Positions 40,154 through 53,200 of a DNA stretch of 64,000 bases are shown here, one piece after another (position 1 is the stretch's first letter; each line of letters begins with the position of its first letter). The position numbers were made by a program, and so were the translations under genes. The stretch comes from Monocercomonoides exilis PA203 (taxonomy: Eukaryota > Protista > Preaxostyla): the NCBI GenBank assembly GCA_001643675.2, contig LSRY02000017.1, positions 806,001 to 870,000 on the forward strand, given 5' to 3'. The notes under the pieces are model-generated. The model did no database searches. It was not told the origin of the DNA and saw nothing but the letters and a program-made list of their open reading frames with translations.

Positions 40154-40533
40154 CAGATATCGCATAAAATACCGGACAAGATCGATATCTCAATTACCGC
40201 AAGAAGAAAAATTCTGACAAATTTCCTCAAAATATATCTCATCTGCACAAACTGACATATCATACCAGACTTTTAAAATCGCCTCATTTGTGCTCAGTAA
40301 AAAAATTTTTATTGAAATTTTCAGAGAAATAGGATTTTGAGTTTTTCCGAAATTTCAAAAATTATTTTTTCTGAGCATAAACGAGGAAGTTTTGAAAGTT
40401 TTATTTTTCTAATGAGTTTGTATCAATGAGATATATTTTGAGGAAAATTTACAGAATTTTTCCTCTTGCGGTTGTTGTGAAATCGATCTTGTCCAGTATC
40501 TTGTGCGATGTCCGGTATTTTATGCGATATCTG
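40154..40533. mobile_element. Tc1/mariner-type MITE (380 bp), TA TSD, nearly fully palindromic
   Basis: TA|CAGATATCGCATAAAATACCGGACA ... TGTCCGGTATTTTATGCGATATCTG|TA. Inverted similarity continues for roughly 150 bp inside. Confidence 0.9.
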
Positions 40534-40644
40534 TATAATCTATTTTGTGAACAGTTTGGTCGTGCCTCACATTTGCAAGGCAAGGGATAAAGGCAGAGGT
40601 GGAGGAAAACGGGAACAAGGAGTATCAGTGACAACACTTTGCGG

Positions 40645-41942
40645 GATGTCCTTCGATCATGGCATCCTTTTTTATCTGTCCCGAAAACATTATTCAAAAA
40701 TACAAACTGAATTTTTTGTTTCACTAATTAGTTCGGAATAATGGAAATTGAGGAAAATTCCACAGAAATAAACTATCCTCATATCTTGTTTAAAACATTC
40801 AGCAACGGTGATAGCAGTTTGCACTGGTTATTCGATAATAAAATAATTTTCATTTCAAAGAAATGCTCTCCATACAACTAAGATATGCATTTCTCCGCAT
40901 ATCCAACAGGAAGATTTGTCTATCATTGCAGAAAATGCAAATGCAATAATTCTATTAAATAAACACTCCTTCTTTTCATACAAAAGCAAAAATTGAATTT
41001 ATATAACTTACTATTTTGTTATTTCACTGAGGCATGCAGCAGCTTCAGGCCAGATCTCTTTCAGGTCTTTGCGAAATAATCAGGGGGGAGATTTATGCAA
41101 TTTGCCGGAAAGCTTGTTATTCGGAATTCCACTCGAAAAAAGATAAATTAGGAGGATTTGGAAAAGTTGTCGAATTGGATGAGTGTCAGTTACGGAAAAG
41201 GAAGTTTCATAGTTGCAGATCCAAAAAGCAGGTTTGGATATTTGGAATCTAAAAGAAAAAAATCCTTTGTGAAACAAAGCATTAATTATTCCTGTGAAAA
41301 AATGAGACTCAAAACTTTGTTTGATAAAAATATCAAAAACGATGGAGAAAAAAACAACGATTCATTCAGATTGTTGGAAAACCTTTACAAATTTGCAAGA
41401 GCATGGATTTGTGCACGAAACATTTGATCATTGCAAGGAATTTAAAAATATAATAACAAACTGTCATACAAATAACATCGAAGCTGTCTGGAGTTGGTCA
41501 TGAAGGTATTTGCCATCAAATGGAACAAGCTTGCATCACATTGAAGATTTCATTACTGCATTAATATTGTTAAAAAAAAAAGAAAATTTCAATCCAAAAG
41601 TTATTAGAAATTGTTTTTGAATTTTTTCCTGAGAGATCTGAGAAAACATTCGATGAAGTTTATGAAATAAGTGAAGATGAAACCGAAACAGCAACGAGCA
41701 GCATTTCATCCGTTGGAACAGAAGACACAGATGCAACAGTTTATTCGATTGAGAAAAAAACGGAAGATGATGGAGAAAAAGTTTATCGTTGGGAAAAATT
41801 TGATACAGTTTAATTCTTTGAGCTTTAATTTGTTTGTTCGAAATTTTTTATTACAAAGCTCATTGAAAATATAAAAAACCTTAATTTCATCATATATTAT
41901 AAAGTGTTCGATCAAAAAGGATGCCATTATCGGAATCATGCC
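40645..41942 (+). mobile_element. Degraded Merlin (IS1595/ISXO2-like) transposon
   Basis: Fragments LGGFGKVVELDEC..KRKF..WIFGI, TIHSDCWK..L..GFVH..H..EF..HTNNIEAVWS. Imperfect TIRs CGATCATGGCATCCTTTTTTATC / GATCAAAAAGGATGCCATTATCG..CC. Flanks CTTTGCGG and TTTTGCGG fit an 8-bp TSD. Confidence 0.88.
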
Positions 41943-41971
41943 TTTTGCGGCAGAGACAGAAAAAGAAAGTT

Positions 41972-42805
<834 letters not shown>

Positions 42806-44299
42806 CAAATGGTGTATATCAACAAACCCGATTATTAGATGAAATTCAAATAAGAAATTTTAATTTAAATAACTTTATTTTATTTGAATAAAGCATAACT
42901 TTATTTGAATAAGACACACTTTATTCAAATAAACTCACTTCATTTAAGAATTCTCAACTTCATTTGAGTTTCTGTTTTGTTATAATTACACTTAATATAG
43001 AATCAAGAACATCATAATTATAACTTTCTTAAAAAATTATTTTAATGTGTTATTCACCTTTGTGAAAATGTGAAAAGATAATCACTTTTTTTTTGAAATT
43101 CAATAAAATGAACATATTGATTTTGATGCATTTCAAGGAAATTCAAAATATGAAAACTGTTCGAATACATTAATCGATAACAATTTTTAATGTTTCTCTG
43201 TTTACGTAAAATTTTTGAAAACAAAAAATAATAAAAATATGGAAAGTTGAAAATACAGATATTCGATATTTGAATAACAAGACAATAGATTTTATGAAAG
43301 AGAAATCCCAGGAGCAATCAAGTTCTTTGAAAGCGGTGGATCATAACTTTTGTGTCGTAAATTGTTCATAAAAGGAGAAATATAGACAAATAGTTCAAAT
43401 GCATATTTATGGAGCAGTAATGAAGAATTATCCATTAAACGTTCATGCTTGAATCATAATTAATGTTTGCAAGTTGTGTTGAATGTTTATTTTTCTGAAT
43501 AATATTGAATGTGTTGTTATACGCATTTGAATATTCATGTTTTAATTAAGGCTGACAAAATGAAAATGCAGAACAAAATGATCGAGCAACAAACAGAGAT
43601 ATACCTTATAGTTTTGAAGAAGAAGAAATCAGTTTTTAGCAAGATGAAGAATAGTGAGGAAAGGGTTTTTTTTAAAAGAAAGAAAGACTGGTGAGAAAAA
43701 GTGTAAATACGAAAATTGAGAGCGTTCATGATTCACAAAACTTCAAATATTTATTCTGGTTGAGGGAATGCTTAAGTCGAAAGATATTTTTTATCTAAGA
43801 AAAGGAAATTAAAGAGGAAATGAGGAAATGAAGAAATAGAAATGAATTGCCCATTGTTACCTATTTTTTGTTGACAAGAGCTGAAGGGGCAAGTTGGATG
43901 TTTGTAGGATTCAATGAAAACTGCTTGCCAGAAGAATGTGCAACCAAAGAAGAATAATTCAGATTCACACGTGTTTCAACGAGAGTCTTTGTATTTGTTA
44001 TCGTTAACCTTCAAAATTCTAAATATAAAATAACCTCATCAACAACAACTTCCTTTTCTTCTTTTTCTTCTTCATGTCTTTCGAACTGCAATGATCTCTT
44101 CCTGCCTTTTCGTCCTCACTATAACTTGAAAGGATTCAACGCAGAAACACTCGAAAACGCATTCTTTCCCCTTCAATGAAATACTGCTGCTCATGTGCCG
44201 TAGAAAGCAATGGCTCATTTTCATCGTCTCATCATTCTTCTTCCTCCTCTTTTTCTTCTTCCATATCAAATCCCATCTTCCTTATATATTTCATCATTC

Positions 44300-45278
44300 T
44301 AATCTGGAGCAGCACGCCGATCAACTTCGCCATTTCGGAGGCGGAGAAGTGAAGAGAAGAAATCTTCAGAGAATGATAAGCCATCATCAGCTCCTGCGAT
44401 TGACCCTTCGGATGCGTCTGTGGTGGCGGCTTCACACACGTCGGCAGCAGCGATGGACTGCATCGAAAGACGGCTGCGAATTGTGGTGCCAGAGGTGGCT
44501 GGGGTGCATGGGCGGCACATGCCGCTGTCGCTGCAGCTGCTGCGGGCGCTGTAGACGCTGCGGGGATTTGGGGGTCGCCTCAGTCGAGGCGTGTGATGGC
44601 GAAGCTGGACGAGGAAGTGATGGGGCGAGGGGTTGCAGTGTGTGAAGCGGGGGAGATTGTGGTGAAGGAGCTGGAGGCAGCGGGGATGAGGACGGATGAC
44701 GATGTGGTTCTATTGCCAGTAGATATTGAACAAACTATGCTGGAGGAGCGGGAAGAAGCAGAGGAAGGAGAAAGGGGAGGCAAAGAGGGAGAAGAAAATG
44801 GAGAAGAAGATGGAAGGAAAGAGGGAAGCGAGGGGAATGAGGAGAAAGGCGGATATCCGACAGCGCACAGAGAGTTTGTAGAAAGAATTAAAGAGAGCCA
44901 GGGGAAGCTGGAAGAAGCAATTGCACCGCTGGTTGTGGAAGGGCTTGGGTTGAGTGGGCTGAGGTTTGTGAAGGCTGATGCTGAGGTGGGCGCAGACAAG
45001 CAGCATTCAGTTGAACCTGAAGTGTGCAGTTCTTTGTCAGCCAATGGCATCTAACAGGAGATATTAAGAGAGCGGAAGAAGCAGCAGGGAATAGGTCTTT
45101 AGGTATAACTTCGGATGGAATGGGAAAAGATGTGGAACAAGTGGAAATGTCGAAGAATGATTTGGCAATGTTTGAGGAGTCGGGGATAGAGGGCGGTTCG
45201 ATTGATTTGGAGAAGGAAAAAGAGGAGGAGGAAGAAGAAAAAGTTGATGGATACATGAAGTTTATATTTAAGAAATGA
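44300..45278 (+). pseudogene. Degraded hypothetical gene fragment
   Basis: GC-richer coding-like frame continuing into ORF 44593..45054 through a stop. Its 5' end is paralogous to 1930-2125. Confidence 0.45.
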
Positions 45279-45497
45279 AAAGGACAAAAGCAGAAAGAGG
45301 AAATAATACATGAGGTTTTGGAGAAGTGGACACAGAAGAAGTAGCTTCAGCTTCACATTAAAAAGGTATATTTTCACAAACATAGTCGAAGTGGAAGGAA
45401 TAGGAAGAGAGGGTGAGGAAGAAAATGAAGAAAATGAAGAGATGAAATTTCTCATGAATTTTCATTTGAAAGAAAAAGGAGATAAGATGATTGGAAG

Positions 45498-46430
45498 TCA
45501 AATGTTGCACTCAGCATTATCATCTGTATTGCTGTTCCACAATCTTAGTGTTGGAGTTGTTGAACCACATTGCTGGAATGGTGATTGGGTTATGGCATTG
45601 CTTCTAAAGAAAACAACGTTTACTCTTCCATCAGTTACAGTGTTGCCATCGAAGAAACAGAATGTGATGAATTTTACTCCATTCATCCATGAATATGTGT
45701 CTCTGTAAAACATTGCAGCACCTCCTAATGAAGATGACGAATTTGTCAATTTGTTATAGATGAACTGGCATTCATTAATTGAAAACTGACTTAGTTGATT
45801 ATTCGGAGGATTCTTGAATGTTAAAGAATCTGCAGAATCGCCACCGGTATTTGAGATGCACTTGCATTTGGCGAACAAAAATTGGCAAGTTGAGGTCATA
45901 TTATTGAGCCAGAAATACCAGCCAGTTCCACACCAATATGTTATTGAACAACTTTCCGCTCTGTTTTCTGAGAATGTCCAAGAAGAATTTGGTTGAGGGC
46001 TCCATATTGATACTGCTCCTCCATGTAATTCCGAACAACTTGTGAAATTGGATTTTGTGACATTTATTTTCAGCAAATTTCCTCAATATATAACGCTCCA
46101 GCATGATCATTGGATGAGCATTTATTGAATGAATACGAAACGATTGTGAGATTTGCATTTGTGCAATTGACATAAAGTGCACCTCCCCAGGCACTTCCGC
46201 TATTTGAATCATTCCATTCGCATAACTCAAATCTGTAGCTGTTAACATCGAATGAAGTCAGTCTTCCAGGTTTATTTCTATCAGTTTCATTTCCAATATA
46301 CTCAACATGAGCATTTGTGGAAGAGCGTGTTTGATGAAGGAAAGAAGTGTTGAAGGTTAGAGAGAAGTGGAGGCTGTTTAGAGTGGGAAGGAATGAACGA
46401 ATCTGGAAAAAGAGAGAGAAAATATTGCAA
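45498..46430 (-). pseudogene. Truncated, frameshifted paralogue of the N-terminus of the 47273 ORF
   Basis: ETDRNKPGRLTSFD..FELCEWNDSNSG..GGAL..DHAGALY, frameshift at ~46075, then KSNFTSCS..HGGAV..AESCSITYWCGTGWY..ITQSPF.QC.STTPT. Aligns closely with ~47140-48030. Confidence 0.9.
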
Positions 46431-47272
46431 AAAGGATGGAAATTAGAGGAAACAGAAGAAGAAAAAAGAAAATCAAGTTTGTCTACTTCCACGTTGCATT
46501 AAGTGCATTTTTGCAGTTATTTGTGTATTAGACATTGAAATTGTTCAGAGCATTTCACTTTTCCTCTTAACATTTTTATCCAGAAAAAAATCGTATGATC
46601 TGGGTTTTTTTTTTTTTAAATAAACATAAAAATATAAATGAAACAAACCTTTTACTCATTTTATTCTTCATTATTATGTCTTTCAAGCTCATTTTGTTGT
46701 AATTTAGTCATATTTCCAATAAAAATCAAATTGATCAAAGTTGTTATAAAAATTGAATAATAAACACTTAAAAAAGCAACACAAAATGATCCGATTAGTA
46801 ATTTTGGAAAAAAAATTTTTTTTTCCATGGCTTTTTCATAATGGATTTCAGCGTTAATTTGCATATGCAATCTTTAATTAAAATAAACCAACTTCATTTG
46901 AATTTAATGGGTTTATTTGAATTAAACGGATTTATTTGAATTGAAGAAGTTTATTCAAATTTCATCTATTAAAAATTGTTTGCGAAAAAATAATTTGTAA
47001 CTTTAACATTAAATACAAATTAATGTTAAAATTATTTATTTTGAATAATTTAATGAATTTTAAATAAATAATTGTTATTTTTCGATTTTAACATTCATTT
47101 TCTATTCACATCTCTATTATCATTCACTCATCTCTCTTTCTTCCCTTTTCTCAACAGCCCATCCACTTCTCTTTCTGCCTTCAACGCCTCTTTCCTCAGC
47201 CAAACACGCTCTTCATCAAATGCTGCAAAGGTGTATGTGTGAACTGAAACTGACAGAAAGAGACCAGGTAGA

Positions 47273-50200
47273 TTGGATTCTTTTGACGAGAACAGCCAAA
47301 AATTTGAATGGTGCGAATGGAATAATTCAAACAGTGGAAGTAGTGATGGAGGAGCACTTTGTGTTGTTTGCGAAAATGCAAATCTTGAAATCACTTCTTG
47401 TTCATTCAACAAATGTTCGGCAAGTGATCATGCCGGAGCATTATATTGCAATAGTTTGTTGAAAATTGACATCACAAAATCCAATTTCACAAGTTGCTCG
47501 GCTGCTCATGGAGGAGCAGTGCACACTTATCATCCACAATCTTATTCCATCTATCACATTTCGGAAAACAAAGCGGAAAGTTGTTCAATAACATATTGGT
47601 GTGGAACTGGTTGGTATCTTAACATGGGAAGTACACCAACAAGTGCTCAATTCCTGTTTTCCAAATGCAAGTGCATCTCAAATACTGGAGTGGATTCTGC
47701 TGGTTCTTTAGCATTTAATTATCCTCCAAATAATCAACCAAATCAGTTTTCAATTAACGAGTGTCAATTCATCAATAACAAGTTAACTGCTTCTTCCTCT
47801 TTCGGAGGTGCAGCAATTTATTTATATTCAACTTTCCCCTGGATGAGTGGAACAAAATTCATCTCATTCTGCTTCTTCGATATCAATACAGCTGCAAATG
47901 GCAGAGGAAATGATGTGTTCTTCAATGGCAACGATATTACCCAATCCCCATTTGAGCAGTGCGAGTCAACAACACCAACTGAAAGAGTCTGGAATGCAGA
48001 AACAGCTGATAACGTCGAGTACAATGGTTGGCTCACTCTTATTGCATCACAAAAAATTGTTGCAAATGGTGGATCAAACATCTACGTATGTGGCAAATCC
48101 ATGCAGATCCCATGCGCCACGATTGAGTATGCACTCAGTTTCTTCATACCATTCCAAGAAGCTTCCCTCACTCTCCTCAGCTCCTCCTTCGCTCCTACGC
48201 AGACACTTTCCTTCCTCGCAGCTCACACCAAAATCATTGGAAATGGTACAGATGCAACCACCATCGCCTCCAGTGGCATTCCTCAACCACCAAACTCACC
48301 TTCACAGTCTTCACAATCAGCATCATCGTTTTCATCGTTTTCATCCTCATCATTATCAACTTCTTCTTCACCAGATCCATCTGCCTCGTCTGCCCTCTTC
48401 CAACAAACACAGGGCTCCCTCACAGTCTCTGCCCTCGCCATCTCCCACAACTCCTCAAACCAAATCACTCCCATCCTCTTCCACCTCTCCGATAACTCCC
48501 CTTCCCTCAACCTCAACACAACCACCATCACCGGTACAACCCCATCTTCATCATCAATCACAACCCCCCTCTTCTTCCTCACTGCTGGCTCCATCGCCCT
48601 CAACCACACAGCAATCACCCAACTCTCCCTCAACAGCCAAAGCATCTTCCACCTCACCTCCCTCACAAATCCCCTCACCCTCAACTCCTCCAACATCACC
48701 GACATCACCTCCACAGCCACTCCAGCCAGCTGTGTCCTCTCCTCTGCCACCTCCCCTGCCCTCTCCATCTCCCTCGCCAACTGCACCATCACAAACATCA
48801 ACTCAGAACAGTTGAGCCAACAAACTGCAACAGATGGCGGGTGCATCTCATTCGCCTCATCTGCCTCTGCCAACACATTTTCTGTGAGCAACACCATCTT
48901 CTCCACCTGCTCTGTGAGTGAGGATGCGAGTTCTGGAGGAAGAGGCGGTGCTCTCATGATCGAGTTCAATGAAGGCTCACAAGTGTCAGAATCCTCCTTT
49001 TCCATCATCAATATCGCGTTTTCAGCCAACAAGGCCTGTGTCGGAAGAGATATGTATTTTGTGTGCGAATCATTTGTCGCTTCTGTGAAAGAGCCCTTGT
49101 TCGCCTTCATGGGAAGCATCACTCAGAAAGACAACTCGGTTGTTGGACATGATAGAACGCAAATGTTTTGTGATTGGGATGTGAACTTGTTCATATTTCT
49201 GGATGGATGCTTTGCTAACAAGGTGTTTGTGGATGGGAAAGAGGGGATAGAGGAGATGTATTGTGGTCTGGAGAAGGCACCATGTAAGAGCGTAAATTAT
49301 GGAATGGGGCATCTGAAGAAAACACAGAATATTAAACAGGAGGTTATTGTAATTTCAAATTCATCATTAACGGGATCTGTGGATGTGGGATGGATGAGCG
49401 TGAAAGCAAAAACTGAGACAGTTGTTTGTGTTGAATGCCAAAGGGAAGTGAGTGGATCTGAAGAATGTGTTCTGAAATCTACATCACCGACAGAAATGAA
49501 GTTCATTGGGATTGTTGTTCCATCGAGTTTTAGCAGAACAATCTCAGCAGTGATCGAATCGAGCACTCAAAATGGGGAGTTGCACATGAAGAACTGCGCA
49601 ATGAATGTGGTTGGAGGAAAGCAAAACACAGTTGGATATTTTTTGATCAAATCGACAGGAAAGATGGTTGAATTGGACTCTGTCACGATTTCAGAAGTGA
49701 AATCAACAGTTTCATTGTTTTCGTTTTCTCCTTCTTCTGGAAGAATGAATGAACAGGAATACAAAGTGAAATTACTGAATTGCACATTGAAAGAGTTGGA
49801 GATTGATAATGAAGAAACAGAAGAAGGAGAGGCAGCGGTGCTTGGAGGGAATGTGGGAGTTGGAATGGTGATAAATGGAAGTAGAATTGAAGGGGCAGTG
49901 TCGGAGAAGAGCAAAAATGGAGGAGCATTAAAAATTGTATTTGGTGAAGGAGGATATGTGACAATTGAAGAGAGCTCATTTGATGGATGTATTTGTGAGA
50001 ATGGGAGTGAGGGAGGAAGAGGTGGAGGGATATATCTGGATTGCAGTTTGAATGAAGGAGGATTTCAGCTCTCTTCGATATCGTTTTCTGGATGCAGGGC
50101 AGCAATTGGGAAAAACATGTTTGTGAAGAGCAGCAGCCTGGTGAACAGCGTGAAAATAGAGCGTTTTGCAATTGTTAACACAGATTACGTGGAGGATGGA

Positions 50201-53200
50201 AATGCATTTGTTGGAGAAGATGGGAAATATGGAGAAATGGATCTCCGAATGTTTCTTGTTTCTTTGAAGTGGATGGTTGTGTCTGTGTCGAAGGATGGGC
50301 ATGACACATTGGGATGTGGAAATGAAATATTCCCATGTCAATCGATGAAAAGTGGAATTGACCACATTGACAGAAGCGAGACAGAAGGAGAAAGGAAAGT
50401 GAATGTGAGAGATGATGAGGCAATGGAAGATGCTTATTCGTTTTCAAAAGCAGTTGTGATTGATGGGTGTGTGAATGAGGGAGATGATGTGAAGCACAGA
50501 CTTGTTCATTTTGAGGAGACAATAAATGGGGATTCTGCATCGTCTTCATCTGTCATTTCATCAAGCAACTCGCTCATTTTGTTGTCTTTGAAGTTGCAGG
50601 TTCCAAGTCAATTTGTGTCAAACATGAATTCGTTGATCTCATCGAGTGGGGTTCTTCAACTCAAATACTGTTTATTTGATATCCAATCATCAGATATCAT
50701 TCAATACTCGTTGATAACCACAACAAGTGGAAGTTGCGCATTGAAAGGATGCAGTCTGACAGATTGTTCGTTTGTCGAATGCCCATTGGAGATGAATTCT
50801 TCTGTTTTTATTGAAAACAGCAATTTTTCAAATATTGTCAACACAGTCAGCAAAGAAGGAGGCGTTGCAAAAGTGACATTGAAAGGGAATGAAAAACTGG
50901 AGATCAAATCGACAAATGCATCTTCTTGTTCACTTTTAACAACAAATGGAAAAGGAGGATTCTTGTATCTTGATTGTCAAAATTGTTTGAATGAAACACC
51001 ATTTCTTTTGGAAGGCGTAACGTTTGATAGCAACAAAGCAGATATTGGAAAGAATATGTTCATTTTGGGAAAGGATTTCAACATTTCTGTGACGAATGAC
51101 TCATTCAAGTTTGATTATTCTTCAATGAAGGATGATGAAACTCTGTTTGTTGGAAGTGATGGTACTCATTCAAACAAAGATTTGTTCATGTTCCTCGTTC
51201 CATTCAAATCATTTGAGATATTTATCTCATCGAGTGGATTTGATGTTGCTCGTTGTGGAAGTGAAGAAGAACCATGCTTCACAATGTGGAAAGGGATAGA
51301 AAACATTGAAAATGAAGTTGGAAGAAAAACAGTTCAGATTGAAGGATCAACAATTATTCGAGATTCATTTGACCTATCCAATTATCAGATCAAAAAGAGT
51401 GTGAAGATGGGAGAAGAAGATACAAAAACAACTTTGAATTTTGAAAAGGCGATTGGAAGTCAACTGGAATATTTCATGGAAAATGATATTCATCTTGAAT
51501 TGGCAAATATCCAGCTCCAGTTAACGTCGGGATTTGACAACTCGGCCAAAACTGTTATTTCAAACAGAGGAGGAGATCTGGTGATTACTGAATGTTCATT
51601 CCATTCAGAAGCAGAAGTGAACAATGGATATGATTGTGTGCTTGTGGATGTGATTGGAGGAAGTGTGGAAGTGAATGTTTTGTCGATTGAATCGTGCAAT
51701 GTTGGAAACAGTTTATTTACCATTCACGATTCTGGAGTTTCTTGCCATTTGGTGAATGTTCGAGTGGAATTGTTGAATGAAAGTGGAGGATGCATTTTGT
51801 CAATCAAGAAATCTGAGCCAGGATCAAAATTGAAAAACAAAAATGAGAAAATAAATCTTCAAATTGAGAAATCATCATTTTCAGGAGTAAAGAGAAGTGA
51901 CAATGGAGCGAGCATTTTGGAGTCAGCAAGTGAGAAAAGGATTTGTTTGGTTGTGAATGAGAGCAACATCGCAGAAGACAAAGCAGAATTGAGTGAAAAA
52001 GGAGGGGCGATATTCTTCACATTGGGTGCATCTGGATCGATGAATATGATTGACTCAGCAATCAGCCATTGCAGCTGCAGCGACAGCACGGGAAGAGGAG
52101 GAGGGGTGTATCTGGCAACAAAGGAAAGAGGAGATTTGAATTTCGCATTTGTAGGGATGAAGTTCAGTGCAAACACAGCAAGTGTGGGGAATGACATTTT
52201 CATTGAATGCTTCAACATCACATCACAGATCAATGAAAGTCAATTCCAGTTTGATCTTCGAGAAGGCCGTTACACTCGTTTCAATGCGATATATGGGAGA
52301 GATTCTTGTGAATATCCTAATGATACGAATCTGATTGCGTTTGTTACGATCCATCAGAGTGACACAATCATTGTGAGCAGCTTGAATGGAACGGACGACA
52401 GACAATGTGGAACAAACACACTTCCATGTGATTCGATTGAGCATGGGCTGGTGCATCTGACTTCAGATTTCATAAGCCAAATGTTCGTTGTTGAGGAGAG
52501 TGTGATTGGTGATGAGATGAATCTGAAGGAGATGAGTCTGAGTTCGAAGAACAGAGAGATGTGTGAAGTTGAAGTGAAATCAGGGATTGAAAGGACAAGA
52601 GAGACTTTGGTGGCAACAGATGGATCAGTTTCAATGTTGAGAATAGGATTTGTGTTTGATTCGAATTTCATTTCTTCACATGAATCATTGATATCACCAG
52701 AAGGAGGGATTCTTGAAATAATGAATTGTTCATTCACCTCAAAACAATCGGCGGATGGAGAAAGAAATGAAGCTTTTGCAAATATTCCATTTCACATAAT
52801 AAAAATGGAAAAAGGAGAATTACAACTTGATGGATGTGCAATATCAAATATCATTTTTCATGAATCAGCATTGCATCTTTCATCGTTTTCTCCATCAGTA
52901 ATTTATTCATTATCGATTTCCAATTCAACAATTAAAACTTCTTTGATAGATATTAATGAATGTGGACAGTTGAATATGGACAGATTGAAGGTTGAAAATA
53001 TCACAGTTGAAGGAAATGAAGAATCTTTGATATCTTGCTTGTCAATGAAAAAGACGATGCAGTTAACGAATTGCACAATTGATGGAGTGAGTTCAAAGAC
53101 AATAAAAGGGAAATTGATGAAAGTTGAAGATTGCACAGATGTGAAAATGGACAGTTGCGTGTTTGATGGGAGTGCAAAGGAAATAAATGAAAAGAATTCA

